Part shown: positions 9,589 to 18,799 of the stretch, piece by piece | Numbering within the stretch: the first letter of the stretch is position 1 | How the letters are laid out: every line of letters begins with the position of its first letter | Assembly (NCBI GenBank): GCA_963674745.2 | Contig: CAXXDV010000001.1 | Location: 1,824,001-1,888,000, forward strand | DNA length: 64,000 nucleotides | Source of the DNA: Desulfosudaceae bacterium | GTDB lineage: Bacteria > Desulfobacterota > Desulfobacteria > Desulfobacterales > Desulfosudaceae | Direction of reading: 5' to 3' | Translations under genes and position numbers: made by a program | The notes under the pieces: model-generated | Told to the model about the DNA's origin: nothing | Databases searched by the model: none | Seen by the model: the letters and a program-made list of their open reading frames with translations, nothing else

Positions 9589-10455
9589 ATGAATGAGAAC
9601 AAGGAGGCGGCCATCAAAATTATTAACACACCCGAGCAAATGCAGCAACATGCCGATGCGCTTCGGTGTTCAGGCAAAAGCATTGCTTTTGTCCCCACCA
9701 TGGGGTGCCTTCATGAGGGACATCTGTCTTTAATCCGGATCGCGAAAATCCACGGCGATTACACGGTGCTGAGCATTTTTGTCAACCCTGCCCAGTTCGG
9801 GGCAAACGAGGATTTTGACAGCTACCCCAAGCAGTTTGAAAAAGACGCCCGGGCAGCCGAAGCCGAAGGGGTTGACACTATTTTCGCGCCGGAAAAGGAA
9901 AGCCTGTATGGAAACGGTTATGAAACCTACGTCACCCTGGAAAATCTGCCCCATCACCTGTGCGGTCTTTTCCGGCCGGGGCATTTCAGGGGGGTGGCAA
10001 CAGTTGTGACCAAGCTGTTTAATATTGTCAAACCCCATGCGGCCGTTTTCGGAGAAAAGGATTTCCAGCAACTCGCCGTTATTCGGCGCATGACCAGTGA
10101 CCTGAATCTGGATGTCAAAATTATCGGCGCCCCCATTGTCAGGGAACCGGATGGGCTGGCCATGAGCTCCAGAAACATCTACCTGTCAGATGATCAGCGG
10201 CCTTCTGCCCTGTCTTTGTACCAGTCCCTGTTGATGGCCAAAGAGATGATCGGCAAAGGGGAAACCCGCGCCGCCCGGATTATTGAAAAAGTGTCCCGGC
10301 ATATTGAATCATTGCCGGAAACCGAAATCGATTACGTGACCCTGTCTGACCCGGATACGCTTGACGAGGTGGAAACGATTGACGGAACGGTCCTGCTGGC
10401 GTTGGCCGTGCGCGTGGGGGGAAAGTGCCGGTTGATAGATAATATGGTGATTTAG
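9589..10455 (+). CDS. panC: Pantoate--beta-alanine ligase
   Basis: FVPTMGCLHEGHLSL, SIFVNPAQF, RPGHFRGV, FGEKDFQQ, DGLAMSSRN, RLIDN. Start is uncertain: ATG 9589 or ATC 9613. Confidence 0.96.
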   Translation: MNENKEAAIKIINTPEQMQQHADALRCSGKSIAFVPTMGCLHEGHLSLIRIAKIHGDYTVLSIFVNPAQFGANEDFDSYPKQFEKDARAAEAEGVDTIFAPEKESLYGNGYETYVTLENLPHHLCGLFRPGHFRGVATVVTKLFNIVKPHAAVFGEKDFQQLAVIRRMTSDLNLDVKIIGAPIVREPDGLAMSSRNIYLSDDQRPSALSLYQSLLMAKEMIGKGETRAARIIEKVSRHIESLPETEIDYVTLSDPDTLDEVETIDGTVLLALAVRVGGKCRLIDNMVI

Positions 10456-10565
10456 GTTCGGGGTTTGAGGTTCAGGGTTCAAGGGGCCGGGGGGTAAGGT
10501 GGTTAAAGGCTTTAAGGGGTTTAGGTTTTAAAGTGTTAGAGTTTTAGGTGGTTAAGTGATTATGT
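10455..10565 (+). repeat. G/T-rich 7-mer and 8-mer degenerate tandem repeats
   Basis: GGTTCGG GGTTTGA GGTTCAG GGTTCAA..., then ...GGTTTTAAAGTGTTAGAGTTTTAGGTGGTTAAGTGATTATGT. Confidence 0.75.
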
Positions 10566-10594
10566 AGGGGCACGGCGTGCCGTGCCCGATTGTG
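10564..10594 (+). repeat. GTAG-type REP element (left copy)
   Basis: GTAG followed by the palindrome GGGCACGGC-GT-GCCGTGCCC. Exact 31-bp inverted copy at 11115-11145. Confidence 0.9.
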
Positions 10595-10715
10595 GTTAGG
10601 TTCGAGGCCCGGGATTTGAGGGCGCAGGATCGTTGTTGAGGCGTTGAGGGGCTTGCGTTTTGTCCTGCTGGCTGGCCAATATTTTTTGAATAATTTCAAA
10701 GCAGTTTAACCGCCT

Positions 10716-11045
10716 TTGGAACAGTGTATAATTAAATATTTTCTCCTTTTTTGTTGGATTACAGGACTCGTTGCCTGGTCTGTTGCCGTTTATTCAAGCA
10801 TTGCATTATGTTGGCAGATTAAAAAAGGTGAAAAATGGCGAATATTTCTGGATCCCTTTTATATTTTGAAGCCGGAATTATATACGGAGAAAGGGAATAA
10901 ACTCAGAAACAGAGTATTTGCTTCAATTTGTATTTTTCTTTTAGCAGTACTTCTTTTTATTTCAGTTAGCTCTAAATTTTGTAAAGAACCCAAAAAGTCA
11001 GTCGAGGCAGTCAAGATTAAGCAACTGAGCGCTGTTGAAAATTAA
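10716..11045 (+). CDS. Small AT-rich predicted membrane protein (two hydrophobic segments)
   Basis: 109 aa with a TTG start; visibly more AT-rich than its neighbours; lies between the inverted REPs. Confidence 0.55.
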   Translation: MEQCIIKYFLLFCWITGLVAWSVAVYSSIALCWQIKKGEKWRIFLDPFYILKPELYTEKGNKLRNRVFASICIFLLAVLLFISVSSKFCKEPKKSVEAVKIKQLSAVEN

Positions 11046-11114
11046 ATTACGCGAACTAAATTCTGGGCCGGCTTTCCCCCCCGCCCCCTAACACTTTAAA
11101 ACGTAAAATCTGAA

Positions 11115-11145
11115 CACAATCGGGCACGGCACGCCGTGCCCCTAC
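11115..11145 (-). repeat. GTAG-type REP element (right, inverted copy)
   Basis: CACAATCGGGCACGGCACGCCGTGCCCCTAC is the exact reverse complement of 10564-10594. Confidence 0.9.
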
Positions 11146-11147
11146 CT

Positions 11148-11211
11148 GACCACCTAAACACATAATCACCTAACCACCTAAAACTTTAAAACCCTAAAAC
11201 TTTAAAACCTA
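11148..11211 (+). repeat. 8-mer degenerate tandem array (8 units)
   Basis: GACCACCT AAACACAT AATCACCT AACCACCT AAAACTTT AAAACCCT AAAACTTT AAAACCTA. Confidence 0.85.
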
Positions 11212-12837
11212 TCTGTATTTCGCGATTTTGAATTCGTCATCCGTCTCGCCGCTGCCGGCCGTTTCGATCTTGGCCACCTTTGTTCCGGTATAGTATTTCT
11301 GAAGGATACGTTTATAGTTATAGCCCTGAATGGCCATCTGGCGGGCGCCCCACTGGCTCATGCCCACGCCGTGACCAAAACCGTTTCCTTTGAACAGGAT
11401 GCCGTCTTTGTTCATGACCGTTTTAAAAAAGGTGCTTTTCAAGTGCCTGGCGCCGATGGCCAGCCGGAAATTATTGCTGCTGATTTTTTGCCGGCCCTTG
11501 TCCGATACTACCGTTATTTCTTTGACCCTACCGGACCGTGTTTTGCGGCCGATCTGGACCGTTTTAATATTTCCGGAGTTGATGCCGAAACTTTTTAACC
11601 GCTTGACCGCTTCCGAATAGGAAAGAAAATATTCCCAGGTGCTGCCCGGTGAATTCTTGCTGTAAGCGTCCGGCTGGTCAATTAAGTACGGCACCCTGGC
11701 ACCCCAGACATTTTCCGGCCGTTCCGTATAACCGCCGCTGTTGGAGTGAAAATAAGCCACAATCAGTCTGCCGTTGTAAGTCAATACCTGTCCGCGGGTC
11801 TGGTCAACGGCAAAGCGGGTGGCCAGTTCTTCCCGGTCAAAACCGCCGTAAACCTGAGATGCTGTTGTGGCATGAACATCATAAATTTTTGCCAGGCTTT
11901 TATGTTTTATATAGAGGGCATAGGTGCGGGCGGCTACCGCCTGCGCCATGAGCGCGTGGGTGGGCCAGGTGTGGGGGACTTCGCAGGGGACGACGCCGTA
12001 TAAATATTCTTCTATGTCGACATGGTTGATCGCGGTCAGCCGGTCATCATCGACCAGGACGACAAGTTCGCCTCGATAGCGTTTATTGTTCAGGCTGAAG
12101 GTGGCATTGTTTGATTTTATCTTCAACGGCTCAAACTGATTCCAGGTTTTGCCGGCCACCTGAATTTTTCCATTTGAGACCGACAAGACCGCGCTTTTTG
12201 TTCCAGACGTGAAAACATTCCCCGAAAACGCGCCGCACAGGGTCAGCAGTTTATCCGAGGCAATCGTCAGGCGGTTTGCGTCAACAGCCAGCAGGACCCT
12301 TATGGTTGTGTCTTCCGGAAACGGCCAGCCATCGTGCCCGGTAGCTCCCGAAGCCGCTGAAGTAGCTAAATTCATGGCGCTTTCAGCCCAGGACCGGGCG
12401 GATTGACGCCACCTGGCATCCGGGTATTTGTCCAGGTATTTGGAAAACGCGGCAATGGCGGCCTGATACTGCTTAAGCTGGTAAAGGACCATACCTTTTT
12501 TAAACAGCGCTTCACCGGCTGTGCGTGCCGTAGAATAGGTGTTTGTCACATCGTCAAAATATTTTATGCCCATGTCCGGTTGATCCAGGTACTGGGCATA
12601 AATATAGCCGATCATGATCAGGGCGCTGGCCTTTTGCTCGTCGTCCGGCGCACTGTTGGCAACAGACTGATATAATCCCAGGGCCTCGAGATATTTGCCG
12701 GAGGCGAGAAATATCTGGGCTTTGTGAAAGAAAATGCCGCTATCGGTTGAGGCCCGCGTGCCGGTGACGCCGACCAGGAAAAAAACCGGCAGCATCAGCA
12801 GACAATAAAATGAAAAGGAAAAACAGATTTTTTTCAT
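11209..12837 (-). CDS. SpoIID/LytB domain protein with N-terminal TPR repeats (peptidoglycan lytic transglycosylase-like)
   Basis: Signal peptide and TPR helices. YRGEL, EEYLYGVVPCE, AQAVAARTYA, SQVYGG, FHSNSGG, GFGHGVGMSQWGA. Confidence 0.9.
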   Translation of the reverse strand: MKKICFSFSFYCLLMLPVFFLVGVTGTRASTDSGIFFHKAQIFLASGKYLEALGLYQSVANSAPDDEQKASALIMIGYIYAQYLDQPDMGIKYFDDVTNTYSTARTAGEALFKKGMVLYQLKQYQAAIAAFSKYLDKYPDARWRQSARSWAESAMNLATSAASGATGHDGWPFPEDTTIRVLLAVDANRLTIASDKLLTLCGAFSGNVFTSGTKSAVLSVSNGKIQVAGKTWNQFEPLKIKSNNATFSLNNKRYRGELVVLVDDDRLTAINHVDIEEYLYGVVPCEVPHTWPTHALMAQAVAARTYALYIKHKSLAKIYDVHATTASQVYGGFDREELATRFAVDQTRGQVLTYNGRLIVAYFHSNSGGYTERPENVWGARVPYLIDQPDAYSKNSPGSTWEYFLSYSEAVKRLKSFGINSGNIKTVQIGRKTRSGRVKEITVVSDKGRQKISSNNFRLAIGARHLKSTFFKTVMNKDGILFKGNGFGHGVGMSQWGARQMAIQGYNYKRILQKYYTGTKVAKIETAGSGETDDEFKIAKYR

Positions 12838-12859
12838 TGTTCTTCAATCAGGACAAACT

Positions 12860-15115
12860 CTATTTGGTATCCATTGTAAACGACCCGTCCCAGTTGTCGG
12901 GAGGCGGATTTTCCATATATTGTTTGCAACGGTTTATCATGGCCTTGCTGGGACCGTCATCCGGTGTCAGATCCAGCGCCATCTGGAAAAACGCGATGGC
13001 CTTGGACCAGTTCCGTTGCTTGTATTCGTTAAACCCTTTGGCATAACAGTCCACCGTATCAGCCAGGGACTTGGGGATTTCACCGGCTTTACCCAGCACT
13101 TCATATATAATAAGGGGCTGGTCTTTGCCGATAACCTTTACGGCATCAAGTTGCCGGACAGCAATACTTTCCGCCGCGGCCCGGTAAGTGGTGTCGCCGA
13201 TCATGGTGTAAGTGCCGTATTGCTTGTTCACGCCTTCCAGGCGGGCTGCGGTGTTGACCGTATCACCCATCATGGTGTAGTCCATACGGTTTCTGGAACC
13301 CATGTTGCCGACGACCGCCGGGCCGGAAAAAAGACCGATACGTACTTTCAGTTCCGGTTTTCCCTGCTCGCGCCATTGCCGGCGGAGTTCCTTCATGCGT
13401 TCCTGGATGTCAACGCAGGCCAGGCAGGCGGCGGCCGCGTGATTTTCGAGCTCAAGGGGGGCGCCGAAAAAGGAGATGACGGCATCGCCTTCAAATTTAT
13501 CCACGCCGCCCTGGTATTTCATAATAATGTCGGTTATTTCGGTTAAAAACTCATTCAACAGTTCAACCAGTTCTTCGGGGGCCAGTTTCTCTGAAATACT
13601 GGTAAATCCCTGAACATCAGAAAAGAAGGCGGTGATTTCCCGGCGCTCACCGCCCAGCACCAGTTTGTTCGGGGATGAAATGAGCTGGTCGACAACTTCC
13701 GGTGCCAGGTATTTTGAAAACGCTTCACGGATGAATCTTTTCTGCCCTTCTTCGGTAAAATATTTATAGGACGTAACCGTTACGTAGATGGCCAAAAAAA
13801 CGGTCAGCGGGTAGACCATGTTGAGTAGCCACCCCATGTGTGAAAAGAAATAGTGGCACAGCCAGATATATCCGCCTAAAAGAAAGGCCGCGGACAACCC
13901 GCCGGTAAGCGCGCCGGCTCTGGACAGGGCCAGGGATAGAAACAAACCGCCACAGATAATAATCATCAGGTCAAACACGATTGCCCAGAACGGGTGATAG
14001 ATGAAATCATGGGCCAGTATGCTGTCCATGATATTAAGGTGCACTTCCGGGCCGGGGAAAACTTCTGCCGTTGGCGTAACACACTCGTCATGCAGGCCGA
14101 TGGCGGTCGCTCCGACCAGGACAATTTTGTTTCTGATGTCTTCATCCGGCACCCGATCATGCAGGACATCGGTGGCAGAAATATGGGGAAAGGTATGTGC
14201 CCCTCCTCTGTAATTAATGATAAGCTCGCCCCTGCTGTTCACCGGAATAGACATATCTCCGGCCATTATGCTGGTTACCCCCGTTTCATTGACCGTGATC
14301 GAAAGTTGCGCGTCCAGAAAAGCGCCGATCGCTTTCAGCGACAAAGGCGCATAGAGGTTTTGCTTGAAACGGATGACCATGGGGATTTTTCTGACGACGC
14401 CGTCCGGGTCGGTCAGTTTATTAAAAAAACCGGCCAGGGGAGTGCTTTCCGTAATGATCGAAATGTTGGACTGCGGCGCGGCGGCATCCGTCATGTCCAC
14501 ATTCTCCGCGCTTTTTGATGTTTTTGCTCTGGAGAATGAAGCATTTAAGATGTTTGTCTCGTGTCGTCGGCGCTCTTCTTCGTTGATATGAGACGCTTCT
14601 TCTTCGGAGATCTGAAAAAAGAAGCCCAACACCACTTTGCTTTTTGCGTTTTTGATGGCTTCAGCCAGGATCCGGTCGTTGTCCTGTTTATACTGCAGTT
14701 CTTTCAGATAGCTGATGAACGGTTCGTTGTTACTGGTTAATTGTCGCGCGTTTTTTTTGATTTCTTCAATGGTGTCATTAATGATATCGCTTTCCGGTTC
14801 GAGAAAACCGATATCAAAAGCAATGACCCGGGCGCCTTTGTCTGACAGCCGGTTGACAATATCTGCGATTTTTGACCTCGGCCAGGCCCAGCGTCCCTCC
14901 TCCTTCAGGCTCTTTTCATCAACGGCGACCAGAACCACTTTGTCCCCGATCGGTTTGTCTCCTCTTAATTTAAACCGCAGGTCAATGGTTTTGAGTTCCA
15001 TGGTGCTTAAAAAAGAGGGCCACGAATTGGAGAACATAATGATGCCGATCAGTATAATGGCAACAGACAGGGTCACAGGGCCCCGGAAAAGGGTTCTTTT
15101 CAGTAATGACAGCAT
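12860..15115 (-). CDS. CHASE2-domain class III adenylate/guanylate cyclase with C-terminal TPR
   Basis: CHASE2 motifs GRWAWPRS, DPDGVVR, VLVGATA; three TMs; cyclase motifs FSDVQGFT, DKFEGDA, MGDTVNTAARLEG. Confidence 0.92.
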   Translation of the reverse strand: MLSLLKRTLFRGPVTLSVAIILIGIIMFSNSWPSFLSTMELKTIDLRFKLRGDKPIGDKVVLVAVDEKSLKEEGRWAWPRSKIADIVNRLSDKGARVIAFDIGFLEPESDIINDTIEEIKKNARQLTSNNEPFISYLKELQYKQDNDRILAEAIKNAKSKVVLGFFFQISEEEASHINEEERRRHETNILNASFSRAKTSKSAENVDMTDAAAPQSNISIITESTPLAGFFNKLTDPDGVVRKIPMVIRFKQNLYAPLSLKAIGAFLDAQLSITVNETGVTSIMAGDMSIPVNSRGELIINYRGGAHTFPHISATDVLHDRVPDEDIRNKIVLVGATAIGLHDECVTPTAEVFPGPEVHLNIMDSILAHDFIYHPFWAIVFDLMIIICGGLFLSLALSRAGALTGGLSAAFLLGGYIWLCHYFFSHMGWLLNMVYPLTVFLAIYVTVTSYKYFTEEGQKRFIREAFSKYLAPEVVDQLISSPNKLVLGGERREITAFFSDVQGFTSISEKLAPEELVELLNEFLTEITDIIMKYQGGVDKFEGDAVISFFGAPLELENHAAAACLACVDIQERMKELRRQWREQGKPELKVRIGLFSGPAVVGNMGSRNRMDYTMMGDTVNTAARLEGVNKQYGTYTMIGDTTYRAAAESIAVRQLDAVKVIGKDQPLIIYEVLGKAGEIPKSLADTVDCYAKGFNEYKQRNWSKAIAFFQMALDLTPDDGPSKAMINRCKQYMENPPPDNWDGSFTMDTK

Positions 15116-15157
15116 GGCTACCCGGAAAAAGGTTGTTGGTTCACGGCGTATTTTTAC

Positions 15158-15186
15158 ATTTTAAAAATATTAGAGAAATAAGTCAA
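15158..15186 (-). promoter_or_regulatory. Sigma70-type promoter for the CHASE2 cyclase gene
   Basis: Minus strand TTGACT-17 nt-TAAAAT, about 40 nt upstream of the ATG. Confidence 0.7.
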
Positions 15187-15221
15187 CGCAACTTTTCCCT
15201 TGAATTAGACGCCATCGTTTG

Positions 15222-15390
15222 GCCCTGATATCTCGTGGGTTGACTCAGACACTGGCGCCTTCTGCGAGGGCAGAGCGTGCCGTGACCGATTGCGAATCTG
15301 GTCCGATATGGCCTGGTCAGGCGGCTGTGAAGTTCCGGGGGAAGTGGGTGGCGCACCGGCAGGTTTATGGCTAGTCGTCAGGGTTTTTTT
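15222..15390 (+). ncRNA. Candidate structured non-coding RNA (unassigned family)
   Basis: GC-rich intergenic segment closed by GCCCTGAT/GTCAGGGT plus T7. Internal GCGCC/GGCGC pairing and hairpins at 15261-15274, 15284-15303, 15311-15322. G-U pairs favour the + strand. Confidence 0.45.
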
Positions 15391-15405
15391 AAGGCAACTT
15401 TCAGA

Positions 15406-15891
15406 TCAGATTTTGTCTTTGATTTGTTCCCAGAACTCGCTGATGCCTTCCTTCCATCCTTCCAGGTAGGTTTTAACAAACACATTGACACAGACCGGGT
15501 CACTGCCCACGGCATAGTCCATAATGTCATCCTGTTTGATTTTTTCCTGAAAATAATGTCCCAGCACTTTATCATGAGTGGGTTTATCGTCGGGTGACCA
15601 GAGCAGGGCATATTGCAGGTCATCATAGTGGGCGCTTTTTGCCCATTGCAGGCCCTCTTTTTTGCCGACGTCAAAATAATTGTTTTCAGACTCGGCTTTT
15701 TCTTTTTTCAACCGTTCAATTACCGCGGTCTGGTCCAGTTCCTGCTGAATCCTGGAATGAAAATCTTCTTTTTTCTGAATCAGGGTTGATATGGCGCGCT
15801 GAAAGACTTTTGAAAAGTTTAAAGAATCTTTCCATTGCAGCATTTTTTCATAAAGATCATCCGGTACGCTGAGGGTCATTTTTTTGGCCAT
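15406..15891 (-). CDS. Hypothetical protein with N-terminal ribbon-helix-helix (CcdA/CopG-like) DNA-binding motif
   Basis: GGAGG RBS. MAKKMTLSVPDDLYEKM...LNFSKVFQRAI fits the RHH beta-alpha-alpha pattern. Confidence 0.65.
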   Translation of the reverse strand: MAKKMTLSVPDDLYEKMLQWKDSLNFSKVFQRAISTLIQKKEDFHSRIQQELDQTAVIERLKKEKAESENNYFDVGKKEGLQWAKSAHYDDLQYALLWSPDDKPTHDKVLGHYFQEKIKQDDIMDYAVGSDPVCVNVFVKTYLEGWKEGISEFWEQIKDKI

Positions 15892-16036
15892 GACACACCT
15901 CCATTTTTTTTGTTAAGGGAGAATTAATTGATAGCCTAACAAAAACAGCATTATGTGTCAAATTAATTGTACGTGCTGAATGAACTTATACTTCCTGTTT
16001 GTGGGTGCCGACGTTTTGTGCTTTTTGGGTTATATA

Positions 16037-16108
16037 GGGTTCAAGGATTCAAGGGTTCGAGGGGCCCCTTGCCCCATAAAACCCTGAACCCCGAACCTCA
16101 AACCTAAG
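16037..16108. repeat. 8-mer/7-mer degenerate tandem repeats at the 3' end of acnB
   Basis: GGGTTCAA GGATTCAA GGGTTCGA, then ACCCTGA ACCCCGA ACCTCAA ACCTAAG. Confidence 0.75.
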
Positions 16109-18563
16109 CTATAAACGCCATATATTCCTCAACCGTGGGAATCCGGCCCAGCATGGCACAGGTGGCGGCCATTTCAGCAGACCCCAGAAAAACGCTGGTG
16201 TTGTCTCCCATGCGATGGGGAAAATTCCGGGTGGAAGTCGACATGACCGTCGTATCCGGTGCCACCCGTGCCTGGTTACCCATGCACAGGGAGCATCCGG
16301 GGATTTCAATCCTGGCGCCCAGCTGCTCGAAGAAATCCAGCAATTTTTCGGATGCCAGGGCGTCCCGGTCCATCCGCGTCGGCGGTGCCAGCCACAGGCG
16401 GGTTTTTAGTGCGGTTGCACGACGCAAAACGCGGGCCGCCTGCCGGAAATGGTCGATATTCGTCATGCAGGAGCCGATAAACACGTCATGTATTTCCGTT
16501 CCACACACAGCGGACAGCGGGCGGACATCATCGGGATCATTGGGACAGGCCAGTACGGGTTCCCTGAACCCGGAAAGGTCAACCTCGATTACGGCGGCAT
16601 AAGCGGCGTCTTCATCAGCCGTCAGCAGTTCCGGGGCCGCCAGCCAGGCGTCAATAGCCGCCACCCGGCGCCCAAGCGCGTCGGGATCCCGATATCCCGC
16701 CTCAATCAGCTGATTCAGGTCTTTTCTGTTGGCCTGCACGCAGTCGACGACCTGTTCCAGGTCAAGCTTGAAGGTCGCAGCTGCGGCGGATCGTTCCGCC
16801 GAAGCATCTGTCAGTTCAAAGGCCTGGGACACGGTCAGGTTTTCGCTGCTTTGGATTTCCATAATCCGGCCGGAAAATACGTTTTTCCTGTTTTCTTTGG
16901 CCACGGTCAGCAGTCCCTGCTGAATCGCGGCCAGGGGGATGATGTTGACCACGTCCCGCAGGGTGATGCCGGTCTGCCGTTGGCCGGATATTTTGACCAG
17001 TACGGATTCCGGCATGTCAAGGGGCATTTTGCCCATGGCCGCCGCGAATGCCACCAGCCCGGAACCGGCCGGAAAGCTGATACCCATGGGAAAACGTGTG
17101 TGGGAGTCGCCGCCTGTGCCCACGCTATTGGGCAGAAGCATACGGTTGATCCAGGAGTGAATGACACCGTCCCCCGGTTTTAAGGCGATCCCGCCCCGTT
17201 CGACAATAAACTGTGTCAGATCCCGGTGCATGATCCTGTCTTTGTCTGTGGGGTAAGCGGCTGTATGACAAAACGACTGCATGACCAGGTCGGCCTTGAA
17301 CGAGAGACAGGCCAACTCCTTTAATTCATCCCGCGTCATGCTGCCGGTTGTATCCTGAGATCCCACCGTTGTCAGTATCGGTTCACAATATTCCCCCGGA
17401 ACGATCCCTTTTTTCCCACAGGCCCGGCCGACAATCTTCTGGGCCAGCGTAAAACCGGTTGCCGGCGCTTCCGGCCGGGCCGGCCGTGCGAACACCTCTG
17501 ACGGCTCAAGCCCCAGGTCTTTGCGGGCCGTTTCGGTCAGGGTCCGGCCGACAATAAGGCGGATCCGTCCGCCGGCCCGGACTTCATCAAGCAATACGGG
17601 TGAAGGAAACGAAAAAACAGTTTTCCGGTCACCCCGGCTTTTGTTGATGATTTTACCCTGATAGGGGAAAAGGGTGATTTCGTCACCTGTCTGAAAGCCG
17701 GAGACATCACATGCGATGGGCAGGGCACCGGCGTCTTCTAAGGTATTGTAAAAAATCGGGGCGATTTTCCCTCCCAGCACCACGCCACCGCGACGTTTAT
17801 TGGGAACGCCGGGAATATCTTCTCCAATATACCAGACCAGAGAATTAACGGCTGACTTGCGTGACGATCCGGTGCCGACCACATCACCGACAAATACCAG
17901 CGGCAGCCCCTGCTTTTTCAGATCGGCGATCGTTGCCAGTGGGTCTGTTATCCGGCTTCGCAGCATGGATAAGGCATGCAATGGAATATCCGAGCGGGTG
18001 CCGGCTTCACCGGCCGGAGAAAAATCATCGGTCGTAATTTCACCGGCTACCCTGAAAATTATTAGATCGATGCTGTCCGCCAGGCCGGGTTTGTTTAAAA
18101 ACCATTCCGCATCAGCCCAGGACACCAGCACCTGCCGGGCGTAGGGATTGGCATCCGCCCGGGCTTTTACATCCTGATAGTCGTCGGCAATAAAAATGGC
18201 GTCTCTTAGTTGAGTCGCGGCCGGAGGCCCCAGGCGGTCATCATCCAGAAAGGCGATCAGGTGTTTGATGTTATAACCACCCAGCATCGTTCCCAGCAGC
18301 TTGATCGCCCGTTCATCATTGATCAACGGAGATTGTGACATTTGTTGCGCCAGAGCGGCCAGAAAATCGGCTTTTACCTTTGCGGCCGGGTCGACTCCCG
18401 GCGGCACCCGGTTTTCAATCAGATTCAGCAAAAGGCCTTCGGTGCCGGCGGGCGGTTGCTGCAGCAACCGGCAAACCGCCGCTGTCTGTTCTTCATCAAG
18501 GGGCAAAGGCGGCAGACCCTTTATATTTCGGGTTTCGGCATCTTTTTTATATTCCTCAATCAT
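16104..18563 (-). CDS. acnB: Aconitate hydratase B
   Basis: RVPPGVDPAAKVKA, LGTMLGGYN, VGTGSSRKSA, GSQDTTG, QSFCHTAAYP, GDSHTRFP, FIGSCMTN, PGCSLCMGNQAR, STRNF. Confidence 0.97.
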   Translation of the reverse strand: MIEEYKKDAETRNIKGLPPLPLDEEQTAAVCRLLQQPPAGTEGLLLNLIENRVPPGVDPAAKVKADFLAALAQQMSQSPLINDERAIKLLGTMLGGYNIKHLIAFLDDDRLGPPAATQLRDAIFIADDYQDVKARADANPYARQVLVSWADAEWFLNKPGLADSIDLIIFRVAGEITTDDFSPAGEAGTRSDIPLHALSMLRSRITDPLATIADLKKQGLPLVFVGDVVGTGSSRKSAVNSLVWYIGEDIPGVPNKRRGGVVLGGKIAPIFYNTLEDAGALPIACDVSGFQTGDEITLFPYQGKIINKSRGDRKTVFSFPSPVLLDEVRAGGRIRLIVGRTLTETARKDLGLEPSEVFARPARPEAPATGFTLAQKIVGRACGKKGIVPGEYCEPILTTVGSQDTTGSMTRDELKELACLSFKADLVMQSFCHTAAYPTDKDRIMHRDLTQFIVERGGIALKPGDGVIHSWINRMLLPNSVGTGGDSHTRFPMGISFPAGSGLVAFAAAMGKMPLDMPESVLVKISGQRQTGITLRDVVNIIPLAAIQQGLLTVAKENRKNVFSGRIMEIQSSENLTVSQAFELTDASAERSAAAATFKLDLEQVVDCVQANRKDLNQLIEAGYRDPDALGRRVAAIDAWLAAPELLTADEDAAYAAVIEVDLSGFREPVLACPNDPDDVRPLSAVCGTEIHDVFIGSCMTNIDHFRQAARVLRRATALKTRLWLAPPTRMDRDALASEKLLDFFEQLGARIEIPGCSLCMGNQARVAPDTTVMSTSTRNFPHRMGDNTSVFLGSAEMAATCAMLGRIPTVEEYMAFIA

Positions 18564-18686
18564 AACAATCTCCCTGAAATTTTATATCTGTCAGTGGTTT
18601 TGTCCATGGTAACTGCCTGTTTCCGGCATCCCGGCAATTATCCCAAAAACGACATCAGCCAACAAGAGCTAATATGAAGATTTATA

Positions 18687-18715
18687 TTGACAAAAAAAAT
18701 AACAAAACCTATTTT
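18687..18715 (+). promoter_or_regulatory. Putative sigma70 promoter of sat
   Basis: TTGACA-17 nt-TATTTT upstream of the sat RBS (AAAGGAG). Confidence 0.5.
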
Positions 18716-18799
18716 AATAATTTTTACCGGCTGAGATATACCGGCATCGACTAATGCCTTTTTCATAACCAGCACGAATATCGAAAGGAGATTTAAAAA

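Noticed and set aside
10455..11211. CRISPR array or integron cassette
   Set aside because: No repeat-spacer periodicity, no cas or intI gene, and no convincing attC (RYYYAAC...GTTRRRY) structure. The repeats are REPs and short tandem units.
15222..15390. Assignment as 6S RNA, T-box or a known riboswitch
   Set aside because: GGGTGGCGCACC deviates from the T-box GGTGGNACC, and there is no downstream gene on that strand. It lacks the 6S rod with central bubble and the usual zapA/ygfA context. Left unassigned.
18687..18705. Rex operator at the sat promoter
   Set aside because: TTGACAAAAAAAATAACAA only weakly resembles TTGTGAA-n4-TTCACAA and cannot be supported by eye.
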